Origin: Auanema rhodensis
Taxonomy: Eukaryota; Animalia; Nematoda
Assembly (NCBI GenBank): GCA_964057225.1
Contig: OZ059899.1
Span: forward strand, 8,804,001 to 8,868,000
Reading direction: 5' to 3'
DNA: 64,000 nt
The first letter of the stretch is position 1; the number at the start of each line of letters is the position of its first letter. Positions 13,990-25,850 of this stretch are shown here, piece by piece. The notes beneath the pieces were generated by a model. It worked only from the letters and a program-made list of their open reading frames with translations, had not been told where the DNA came from and did not search any database. Both the position numbers and the translations under genes were made by a program.

Positions 13990-16135
13990 TTAAAACTGCT
14001 GTTCCCCACTTGGAGCACTGGGATGGGATGGTCCCGGTGGTGTCAGTGGACGAGCAAGGTTTGATGGTCCGGCAGCAGAAATCTTCTGAAATAAAAATGA
14101 ATAGCTTTTTTAATATGAAATGAAGAATCAATTATAGGGCATGCAAATAAATCTTTTCAAACCAAAGTAGTAAGAAAACCTTTTGTAATCGTTTGTTTCT
14201 CTTCAAGGGAACAATTAGAAATCGAAATCACCTTCTCGGAATTATAGCCAATTGGATTAATATCAGTAACTATGGGAGTTCTCTCATTACTGTGAGCTTC
14301 AATATCATGTCCATTTAGTCTTTGATAAGAATTTTTCTGAGAAACCTTAAATAAAACATTTTTAATATTTTGTAAAATTAATATTACGCTATAGAAAATC
14401 ATTGCGATCAAGGCAATAGCCAAAAGGATTGCTAGAGCAAGTAAAATCCAGGTAACGGTTTGCCATTGAGAAGTTCCAGTTATTCTAAATGTATAAATTT
14501 ATTTATTTCTTAATTTCAAAACTGTACTCGTCTAAAATCGTAGCTCTGTTTTCTACGTCAAGTTTTGGAGTCTCAACCAGTTCATTAATATCATATACAA
14601 GTTTATTTTCACCAACTTGTTTAACTGCTTCCTAGATTTAAACTTGTTTACTGTATGAAACTGCTATTTACCTTGTCTAGCATGGTCTGGATTTTATCTT
14701 CAAGGAAAGAATTAACTTTGAAATTCAAGCTGTCCTGTATAGAATCCTTAAATTTTTAAATCTTTGGTATCAAGCATTAAGACAACACTACTTTAATAGT
14801 TTTTTGGAAACTATCTTTCTTCTCTTTGACAATGTTATATTGATCTAAAAGTTTTTGTTCTTCAACAGTGAGTGAATCGTGAATGTTCTAAAATTTATTT
14901 TAAACTAAAAACTTTTATAATTATTCAAATACCTGAAGATCGCTCTTATATTGATCTTGATTTGCGTCATGAATAGCTTGCTTTTGAGCTTTTCTATCGG
15001 CTCTTTTTTGCATTTCATTTTGAACCAATGTCTTCAATTCTTCCAAAGATTTTTTAGCATCCTCTAACTTCTGAAGAAAAAAACGTTTGTATCATTTCAT
15101 TAAGCATACTAAGCATTTGAGATCAAATTGCATTGGACACATGACTAGACTCCAATCAAATAATATGTTGAAAACAACATTCATATATACAAATCATAAA
15201 TACACTCCACATTAACACAAAGCTTTTGAAACCGTGAAAACATGATTAAAATATTTTTAGAATTTTAAAATAAGTGTTGAAACTTAAAATATTATTCAAA
15301 AACGTTTCTTTCTTACCTGCTGTTCCTGTTGTTTTTTTTCAGCAATAAAGTTATCAAACTTGACTAAAAATTCTTGCCATTTTTTAATAATACTTTGGAT
15401 AGTTTGTGTGAGAGCCTTAAAAAAACATTAGCATTGCATTTCCTTATTATGCTTTACCTGAGCTTCTTGCTCTTTTTCAATCTTCTTCTGCTCTTTTCTC
15501 TTGGTAATAATATCCTTTACTTGATCAGCCAGTTCTTTGAATTGCTTCAATAGATTTGATAACCCCAAACTATGTCTAATATTTTAAAACCTGCTCTTTT
15601 TCTGCTTTGTCGTTTTCTTTTTTGGTCTTCACAACTTCAAAAACTTGCTCAAGTTCTTCAAAAAATTGCTGGAGTTTTTGTTTTTTCTCAGCATCTTGAT
15701 TTTCTTTAGCTTCTTTTACTTCCTAGGAACAGTTAGCGTGCATATTTTACCAAAATAATATTTTAAAACCTCAGCAAAGGACTTAATTTTCTGAATTTTG
15801 TCCTTTAACACGTTTTCGAAAGCAGTAATAGTTTTGTTTAAAGATTCAGCTGCCGCTTGCTTTTGTTGATTACGTTCAGCTCTATCATATGTTTTACATT
15901 TTGTAAATGAATACACAGTTATAAACTTACTGATGTTCTGACCATTTAAGTTTAAGTTGTTCTTTAAGAGAAGCTTCTACATCCAATACTTCCTGTAACA
16001 ATAAACAAGCAAACCTTTAACAACTTATGTGAGTCAGCCCACCTGGAATAAATCAGCGATTGTTTCACCTTCAGCATCTTGTTGAATTGAGAATCCAACA
16101 GCTAGAATAGCTATTAAAATGGATAAAAACCTCAT
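13990..16135 (-). CDS. Type I single-pass membrane protein with K/E/Q-rich coiled-coil ectodomain (paralog A), unknown function
   Basis: Signal peptide MRFLSILIAILAVGFS; many short-intron exons; TM WQTVTWILLALAILLAIALIAMIFY; tail KNSYQRL...PSAPSGEQQF*. Confidence 0.78.
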
Positions 16136-17995
16136 TCTGTAAAATGTTGTTAGAAATAAAATTTTATTTAGATAGTTAGTTAGTTAATTGTTATTATCAT
16201 ATTATGTATCAAAAAGAAAGTTTCAATTTGATTAGATAACAGAAACCTGAGTTCTAACAGATTAAACTACAAAAAAAACAGTAAACTATATTCCTGAGCT
16301 TAATCATTTAAATGTTTAGAAATTCTATACATTTGTATAAAAAATAAATTTGGGAAAATATTGAGTCGTATTATGAAGACAATTGAACAGCAAAACAAAA
16401 TCTCAAATAGAGATTTTCTTATCAATGTAAGCATAGAATCAATAAACCAAATACACTAGATAGTTAGTTGTCGGAATAACATGATGCCTTCCTGATCAAT
16501 AGAGTTCGATCTCAGTAATTAAGATAGAATGTTACGCTTTATTATGATAAAATATTTACATATAGCTAAGTTCAAATCATTGATGTTTCAAAGTTCATGC
16601 TAGACTGTTTTATGCAACTCAATTAATCTTTAAAAATAAGAAGTTTGTGATAAAAGGTGCATCCTACAGCTTGATTATTAATATTTAGTAATTACATGAA
16701 TAACAACAATATCATGATGCTATATTGAGAAAATTGGAACATCAGAAATCATTCGAATATGAGATGTCATCATTGAATAAGCTACAGTAGCACGTTTACA
16801 GTGTTATCATGATCTCATTTCTTTTTATTGAGCAGAAACGTGTCTATTCAGATACAGTGGTAAAAAAATATTTTTTGTTGAGCACATGTTTGAAAAAGTT
16901 CGCCCACAATAGAAGAAAAGTCCAGAATGAGGTTAAAAATTATCTCGAAAGTACTGTCTTTCAATCAACTTGTCACAGTCTTATCTACAGCATTTGAAGT
17001 CTGAACTCTGAATTCAGGTGTTAGACAGATTTTTTTATTTTCTTATCTCTTTAAATTCATTTTGTGCTCATTTCAGTTTTTTATCATTATTAGCTTTCAA
17101 AAAGCGCCACTGCTTGACCTCGTGAACACGATGTTGAAATCTATTTTGTAAATCATCTGATCATATTATTGATCAAATTAAAATTAGAAAAAACATTTTG
17201 CCAAATGAAATTAAAACTTTGAACAGAAATTATAAAAAATATATTGAATATTAACCAAATAAATCAGTTTTCATGAGTTTTTTCAGACCGATATATGAGA
17301 TTTGATCAAACTATAAGAAAGAAGCATAATGGGAAGCTAAACTTATAAATATAACATATTATAAATTAAAAAATGAAAAATGATATAAGTAGAAAAATTT
17401 GATTATTATCAACTGATGGGCAAGGGTGTTTTAAGCGTAGAGGATTTGCACTTCTTAATACATGTTTCTTTAGTGTTATTTGTAATATTATTATTGCACG
17501 TAGACCAAAATAACTTTTGAAATATAGATCAATTCATAAAATAATATTTAATCTTATATGGATGTAGAATAATATTACTTAAGTAGATTTAATAAGGATT
17601 TACAAACAGAGGGTACTTGCTATGTGAAGAACTTTTTAGATTTTCTTATTTAGATTTCATATACTACTACAAATTCTTTTTTGATTTGATTTTTTTGAGT
17701 ATAAGACGTATTAGTTAATTTAAGTTTATATTGTATGTAATGAGCTTAGTATTAGATTAATTATGAAAATTTCAATTAATCTGAAAACAAAAATAAATGT
17801 ATAAAACTATATTATGTTTTATATAATCTTATAGATTTTAATGCATAAAACTTATCATATCACACAAGGTTAACACAAAGCATAATGTACTTTGATATAC
17901 ATTGAATACAAACTATAATTATTCAACTTCATTACTTTTTATCAATTCTTAAAATGAAAAAAGAAAATATTGTCTAAAATTGAAAAGTTTCATAT

Positions 17996-19343
17996 TTAGA
18001 ATTGTTGAATTTCTTTCGTTGGATAGCCAGCGCTGCGTGTTTGAGGAACGTCTTGTCCACCTAGCTGCTCATAATTATTACGTTGCTTAAGCTGAAGCGA
18101 ACATTTGTTTTAACATTAATAATTTTGAAATTACCTGATAAATAATAGTCAAAATAAGAGCAATAGCTAAGAGAATACAAACAATAAGTAAAATCCAAGT
18201 AACATTCTGCCATGCTCCACTTCCAGTGATGCTGAATATGATTAGTTAAAAAATAGAACATGCTCGGAAATAGAGAAAATATAGTTTAAAGCACTAGTTA
18301 TATAAAGAAATTTTAAAAACTTACTCGTCTAAGAATGTAGCTTTTTCTTCGGCAACAATAACTGATGCAATAGTACTGGTGACAACCAAATTAGCATTGT
18401 CGGATTTTTCTTCCGCAATTTTTTCCTAAATATTCATAAATGAAAGGAGAGAAAAAGTGAAACTATACCTTTAAAGCATTAACAGCGTTGTTAACTGTCT
18501 CTGAGAGTTTTTCCTTCAAACTTTGTAACAATACTTCCTCTTCAGCTTCACGTTCAGCTTTCTTGGCATCAAGCTTAATTTTGAAATCGCTCAGAGTCGA
18601 CTTAATTTGATCCCAATGCTGAAATTTTATGAATTCATCTTTCACTACTCTAATTTCAAACTTACAGCTTTGAAATTCTCCTGCTTTTCCTGTTTTTTTG
18701 CTTCCTTCTCTTGGCTAATCTTTTCAATAGCTTGCTTGATATATGGTGCAACCTGATTTTTTAGCTAAATATTAGAAAAACATTAAAATAAAATGATTTA
18801 TAATTGACACCTCATCAAACTGTTTTTGGCGTTCCTCTGATTTTTTCTTAGATTCTGTTGCGATTTTGTCAATGAAAGTCACGATCTGATCAAAAGATTG
18901 AAGCTGTTCGTTAAGTTTCTCCTGCTTTTTTGCAGAAATTTTTGTGCCAATATCCTTAAATACAATATTTACATCGCATAGTTTGCCAGCTTAAACTTAC
19001 CGTAATGAGCCCTTTGGATTCCGGTGTTACTTTCTCATGGAACTTTCCCAATAAATTTTTTAAACTCTGCAATATAGGTATATTAATATACTTCAATGAT
19101 TAAAAATCTGGATTTGTAAAAAAAAGAAACCTCAATGGTATCATCAATTTTCTCGTGAGCTTGAAGCTTCTTCGCATCTTGCTGCTTCTTAAATGATTCT
19201 AACTTTTCTTCATAAGTGCTAGGAATTATGCTGTAGATAATTATGAAACAAAAGTAGATTGAAACAAACGCTTACTTATCCCAGAAAGTACTTTTGGCGG
19301 TAATACATAAAACCAAGGAAGCGCAGAAGAAAATAAGCTTCAT
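17996..19343 (-). CDS. Type I single-pass membrane protein with coiled-coil ectodomain (paralog B), unknown function
   Basis: Signal peptide MKLIFFCASLVLCITA; TM WQNVTWILLIVCILLAIALILTIIY; tail RNNYEQL...KEIQQF*. Confidence 0.78.
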
Positions 19344-19844
19344 CCTATTGTTACAATACTTGAAGAACTCTTAATGAAATGAAGTTAATAAAAGAAAAAG
19401 CAAAAAACATAAACAAATGATACAAAACGTCTATCAAACAGGACCTACCCCTGCTTATCTATGATTTGATACTAGCATGACAAGCCATCAGCAAGAGTCC
19501 TTTAATATCAAGGTCTATTTTTGATTTTCTTGTTTTTTTCTAATCAATTCATTTAGAAATAGATTAATTATTTATTGATATTAACAGAATACAAAGATTA
19601 TCTTAAATAGCCATAAGAAAAAAGGGTCAAGAGATGCACATAACAATAACAATTTTCCAAATAAAACAAGAAACAGCAACAGCAATAGCAGCAGCATACA
19701 ACTTGAGATAAAGTTTTCAAGTCAATCTTATTAACATTGAGTTTTAGTTTTTGGAGACATGGATGAGAACAGTATGGAAAGTTGGAACAATCATGAACGG
19801 AAACAAAGCCAGCTCAAGAGAGGTTAAAGCACAAATTTTTTGAA

Positions 19845-21610
19845 TCAATCTTCAATTGTATCGGCGTTAACATCTGGATAATCGCCATCATTTGCGTTTT
19901 CCACCTCATTATTTTCGTCACCGTCACCGTCACAATCATCAGCATCACCATCACCATCACCATCACCATCACCATCAGCATCTTCGCGGTCTTCAACCTG
20001 ATCTACAGGCTTCTCTTCTTCTGCTTCCTTGTCTTCATTCGCATCAGCATGTGTTCCGCGCATTGGCTTAACTATAGTATCTCCTCCACCCAGCTCTTCT
20101 CGCTTTGTATGCAATTGATCGAGGGTCATTAACTTGTTCTTTAAAATAAATTAAATAAACTACACAAGATAAATATTGTACCTGCTCCCGACGCCAGTGA
20201 GGTGGAGTTGCACTTCGATCCATTCGGGTGAAGCGGAGCTGCCCTCGTCCTTTTACCTTTACGTCGGCTCTTCGAACATCTCGATCATTATTTCTATCTC
20301 TTCCAGAGCTTCTATCATAATCTCTTCTACCATCACGATCACGATAATTACTTTTTCGTGGACTGCGTGAACGTACTCGACGATTACGATCCCGGTCCCT
20401 ACTACGATCGCGATCACGATCTCTACTACGATCACGGTCCCTACTACGATCATGGTCTCTACTCCTATCACGACTTCTGTCTCGGCTTCTTCTTCTTCTA
20501 TCCCGATCCCGGTCTCTGTCCCGTTCCCGATCGCGATCGCGATCACGATCACGATCCCTGTTACGATTTTTATCATTATCACGTTGTCTTCGTCTATCTT
20601 CAGGCGTTTTCGATCTTCTCATTAAAAATGAATGCTGATTAGTAGGCTCAGGCGGAAGATCAGCAGCTGATATTGAAGAGACCTATTTGTTACATTCATA
20701 AATTGGAAAACAGTGAGAAATGCTCACCTGGACCTCTGGAACAGAGTTATTTTCTTTTTCATCGTCGTTACTACGTTTTCCTTTACGTTTTCTGGATTTT
20801 TCTTCATCATCAGAAGAAGAGCTACTGAAAAAATTATAAAATATAAATATTGATATATTGATAACTTGCCTATCACTTTCACTGGAGGACTTAGCTCTCT
20901 TTTTACGAGCTAATTCACCACTATTTATAATAATTACATCAGCAAACGGACGACACTTCGGATCAACTTTGAGAAGTTCGATTTCTGTGACTACTTCAGC
21001 TCCAGAAACCACCTTAATTTCTTATATAAGCTTAAAGATGATAAATAAAACTCGTACTCGTCCAAAAACAACATGCTTGTTATTTAAATGGGGAGCTGGT
21101 TTAGTTGTGATGAAAAACTGGGATCCATTTGTATTCGCACCCTAATAGCATCAATTATAATGTACTTTATATGCAACTTATACCTTATTGGCCATAGATA
21201 AAAGGAAAGGTTGATCGTGCTTCATGGAAAATTCTTCATCATCAAAAATTTCTCCATAAATAGATTCTCCACCTGTACCGTTCCCCATTGTAAAATCACC
21301 ACCCTCAAAAAAAGATTTTGAAATATTGATATGATATTGTATATCCAACCTGAATCATAAAATCCTTGATAACACGGTGAAACGTGGAACCTTTATAATG
21401 AAGAGCTTTCCCACTTCTTTTACTATTTCCAGCTTGGCCAGTACATAGTTGAATGAAGTTTTCACACGTTTTTGGAGCTGAAATAATAATTTTCGCTTCC
21501 GCTAGAAATATTAACCAACCTAATTCATCGAATAACTCGAACACAATACGACCCGCATCACGCCCATCAATAGCAACATCAAAGAAGCTACGACGACGAT
21601 TTTTCGCCAT
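19845..21610 (-). CDS. Cyclophilin-type PPIase with RS/RD domain (PPIG/NKTR class; resembles Brugia CYP-1)
   Basis: [68 protein letters not shown]; RD/RS repeats; KVKGRG and [11 protein letters not shown] motifs typical of PPIG. Confidence 0.93.
20375..20560 (-). repeat. Coding Arg-Asp/Arg-Ser dipeptide repeat (GATCGT/GATCGC-type hexamers) of the cyclophilin
   Basis: [10 protein letters not shown]...RSRDRSRD seen directly in translation. Confidence 0.85.
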
Positions 21611-21851
21611 CCGAAAAGATGACCTATTAGACTAACAACAATATTCATAATACATATGTAAGCTTTGGTTTCAACCAATTTTTAAAAATTCAAAATTTAT
21701 GAATAAATTTATTAATTATTGCCGGATAGCATTTGCTTTACTGAGTGAAAAAACAACCGTTGACAACAAACGGAAAATCGATAAACAAAAAACTCCGATA
21801 TTTCCCAACTAGAATTTTAATAAAAATATAAAATGAAGTTCGTTCAGAAAT

Positions 21852-24760
21852 TTAAGCTTCAAACTCTTCGGCTCCTTCAGCCTCCTTGGTGTATTCATCA
21901 CAGAATCGACGGAATTTAGTAATCAAATCGCCAACCTTGATCTCGCCACGTACCTTTATATATAAAAAAATTCAAATGTTAAATAAGAGCACTTACGGCA
22001 TTATCTCTGGTGCGAACATTTACAGTTCCATTTTCTTTCTCTTTAGGTCCTAAAACGAGGATAAAGTTGAATTGGGCAAGTTGAGCGTTTCTGATTTGCT
22101 TATTCATAGTATCAGAGCAACCCTCATCAAATTCAACCTTCAAAGATAGATAAAACAACGAAACGAAAAAAAATCATACCTCAAATCCAGCATCAAACAG
22201 CTTATCACGGACTTCACGAGCATAATCAGCAATGCTCTCATGGACGGTAATAATTTTTACCTGATGCGTACGAATATACATTACAATAACAAAAAAAATT
22301 ACCTGACGAGGAGAAAGCCAGAATGGCCATTTTCCTCCGAATGATTCCGTAAGAATAGCAGTCATTCTTTCTACAGATCCCAAAACAGCACGATGGATCA
22401 TGACAGGACGATGTTTCTCACCCTTCTCACTTTAGAAAAGCATTAATATATATATATTATAATATCGAACTAACTCGAAATAGGAGAGATCAAAACGTTC
22501 TGGAAGTTGAAAATCTAATTGAATGGTGGCACATTGGTGATTTCTCTTAAGAGCATCTTGGATTGTTATATCAATCTGAAATAAAAAATATTGAACATCG
22601 AACAAAAAATAATACCAACCTTCGGTCCATAAAAAGCTCCATCTCCAGGATTAAGCTTCCATGGTCTACCAGAAGCATCTAAAACTTCCTTTAGTCCTTC
22701 TTCAGCATTATTCCATGTCTTTAATAAAAACACTTATATAGCGAAGCATGAATAGAAGCCTACCTCAACATCTCCTAAAAACTTCTCTGGTCTAGTGGAA
22801 AGGTTCAGTTTGAAAGTAAAACCGAATACTGTTTCATAAGCGTAACTAAGGAAATCTAAGCAAGCTTTGATTTCATCTTTAATTTGATCTTTGCGACAGA
22901 AAATATGGGCATCATCTTGTTGGAATCGTCTGACACGTGTCAATCCAGTAAGAGCACCAGACATTTCATTCCTAATTCAAAATACAAACATGAAAAAAGC
23001 ATGCTTGGTTACCTGTGTAAGACTCCGAAATCGGCAAAACGGAATGGCAAGTCGTTGTGAGTACGAGGCTGGTGAGCGAACATAAGACAATGTCCGGGAC
23101 AATTCATTGGTTTAAGACCAAACGTTTCTTTTTCAATATCAAACCTGGAAATATGATGAGGTTTTAGTTCAATTTCTCAAAATTAATGTTTTACTTGAAC
23201 ATATCATCAGAATAATGTTGCCAATGCCCAGAAGTTTCCCAAAGCTTACTGTTGTACATATTTGGTGTTATTACCTAAAGATGTAGTGTTAGAGTTAAAA
23301 TACAACTGGCTATACCTCAGTAAATCCTCTTTTTCTATATTGCTTCTTAATGAAGTTAACTAGCTGATTATAGATGTGAGCACCTTTAGGATACCAAAAG
23401 GCCGATCCAGGAGAAAGTGGATTGAAGAAGAAAAGTTCTTGTTCACGTCCGATTTTTCTATGATCACGTTTGGCTGCTTCTTCCTAAATCATACAATTTT
23501 TAATTATTTCCATTTGACTTGACCTGCCTGGATTTTTTGCCATTCTTTTAATTGCTTGGAATCGGGGAATGAAATTCCATAAACACGTTGAAGAGTTTCG
23601 GCTTCACAGTTACCCTCCCAATAAGAAGAAGAAGCTTTAGTGATTTGCATAGCTTTAACTTTTCCGGTATGACGAACATGAGGCCCTCTACATAAATCGA
23701 TCAAGGGTCCACAACGATAAACGGTCGTAGTCGGGGTTTTGACTTTTTCATTAAGGATTCGAACCTGAACGAAGCAAATTTATTATAAATTCAATGTAAA
23801 TGTTGCCTTAAACTGATTATATTTGAACATCTCCAGAAGATCTTCTTTGGATACTTCTAAACGTTCGAACTTTTGTTTGTCCTAAATCTATAAGTTTGAA
23901 AAGAGAAAAAATAAAAAAACAAACCTTCACAGCACATTTAACGATTTCTTCAATCTTAGGGAAATCTTCTTGCGAAACTGTACGATCCTTAATAGCATGA
24001 TATATATCAAGAAGGATAGATAGAACATCAAAACTTTTCAATGAGTATAAGTAGTATTAAACAAGACAGGTGTTCAAACACAAACACTAATAAAGCAGAG
24101 AAGCTGACAAACCTCATGCCACATATCGTAATAAAATCCTTCTTGGATCGGAGGACCATAGCATAAATGACCACCGCAGTATCTTTCTACAGCTTCTCCA
24201 AGAATATGAGCAGAACTATGCCAGAAAACCTTAAAATTAATTCTTGAAATTTTATTAAAATTTCATTTTACCTGTTTTGCTTCATCATCATCAAACTTAA
24301 GAAGATGAAGAGTGGCATCACCTTCGAAGGGGCGATCCAAATCCCAAACCTAAAAACAATAATAGTAAATTAATTAAATGTCCCTTAAACTTACTTCTCC
24401 GTTTACTTTTGATATAATCGAATTTTCAGCCAACCCCTTGGAAATTTTTTCCGCTATTTCAATAGGGGTAGTTCTCCACGATTCACCATCGAATTGTTTC
24501 CCATCAGGAAGGGTAATTTTGATAGGTTTTGTCTCCTTCATTACTGTAGATTAAAAAAGATTTTTCTATATCACTTACTTTTGCAGCTAGTTCTTCCTTA
24601 TATTTCACCATTAATTTATCGAAAAGATCAATACGTTCTTGAATATAAGCAGGCCAAGGCTTCATCTCGGTCTTAGCCAGAGTCATCTATTAAACACATT
24701 AAGCATTTGTATAAATAAGCAACAAACCTTTTCCGGAATATTTTCTTTGGCTTCAACCAT
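21852..24760 (-). CDS. tars-1: Threonyl-tRNA synthetase (cytosolic start MVEAK; upstream in-frame extension listed separately)
   Basis: [13 protein letters not shown] domain, [58 protein letters not shown] anticodon-binding domain. Confidence 0.97.
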
Positions 24761-25374
24761 TTTTGAACAATAATATCTACCAGATGGGCCAAATGGGTAG
24801 AATACTCGACAGTTCAGAAGGCTACGTACGAGACGCGTCGTGACCTTTTCTAGAGGTATACCTAAATTAAGGCAACCATATAAAAGATAAATGAATAGCT
24901 TGAAGTATTAAAACAACATCAGATAATATAAATGACTTTGTTCGTTTGAAATTCCAGCCTATAGAAAGCCATCACCATTTGCCGTTTAAATAAAAATTGC
25001 TACGTATAACGGCTTTCGTTGCAGGATAATTATCAATTGAGAATAGGCAAAAAGTTGAATTTAATTCTGTTATAACTTCTATAGCAAAACCAGTAACGCT
25101 GATGAAGTATATTGAAGGTTACATAGAAAAAAAATCATAATAAGACAAATTATAACATAGAATATTAGTTGTTTTACAGCAAGCATATTCAGTATATACG
25201 AAAAAAATTCAGGTATATAAATGTGAGCTATAATGAATATTTTAAATGTAATACAAATATTTTATCAAGCATGCGATTTAGTTTTATATTCAAAGAGGAG
25301 CATTCCCATCACGTTGTGTAACATTATGAAAACTACGTACCCGTTTTTGAAAAAACGTTCTCAGGGGAAAACAT
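24761..25374 (-). CDS. Putative 5' extension of tars-1 encoding a mitochondrial presequence: exon part 24861-24761 plus candidate AUG micro-exon 25374-25341
   Basis: In-frame TTRLVRSLLNCRVFYPFGPSGRYYCSK before MVEAK; phase-1 acceptor before 24861 matches the phase-1 donor of micro-exon MFSPENVFSKTG. Confidence 0.55.
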
Positions 25375-25572
25375 CTAGGAAAAACTCTTATGTCTAATGT
25401 AATTGTTCATAATATAATTCAAATATTTTATCAAGCATGCGATTTAATTTTATATTCAAAGAGGAGCATTCCCATCACGTTGTGTAACATTATGAAAACT
25501 ACGTACCCTTTCTTGAAAAAAATGTTCTCAGAGGAAAACACCTAGGAAAAACTTATGTCTAACATAATTGTT
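25254..25572. repeat. Tandem duplication, 2 x ~166 bp
   Basis: caaatattttatcaagcatgcgattt... starts at 25254 and again at 25420, highly similar throughout. Confidence 0.95.
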
Positions 25573-25850
25573 TGATAGGGATAGAAATGGTGACAACTAT
25601 TTATAATCGTTTGTAATAAGTGTAAAGGCTTTATTTAAGTGTACTATTTTATCCTCATACATTTAAAATGGAATAAATTTATTAAAAAATTTAAGAACAC
25701 TCAGTAGAAAGTTCATTTTTTTGTTTTCTATTGTTCGTGTATAACATAACACAGTTGTATTTCACTTTCGTACATCAGAGCGGAACACTTCTGTAACTTC
25801 CTTTCTAATAAATCTTGTTTTTTTTTACTTTGTATTCATTCTAGATCTTC

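Noticed and set aside
13943-14131. ORF ending ...LSYLLLAVASFYMLAL that looks like a GPI signal
   Set aside because: The phase-0 splice at TTTCAG gives KISAAG...EQQF*, matching the paralog's QQF end, so the track ORF is the wrong frame
17105-17130. CCACTGCTTGACC resembling a Y RNA/sbRNA 3' end
   Set aside because: No complementary 5' GGUCCG strand and no adjacent Pol III terminator
20176-20642. Alternative-frame and antisense ORFs (IVIV and YDHD repeats)
   Set aside because: Shadow frames of the cyclophilin RD/RS repeat
25254-25572. Tandem units as snoRNAs or CRISPR-like repeats
   Set aside because: No convincing C/D or H/ACA architecture in both copies; no spacers; eukaryotic context
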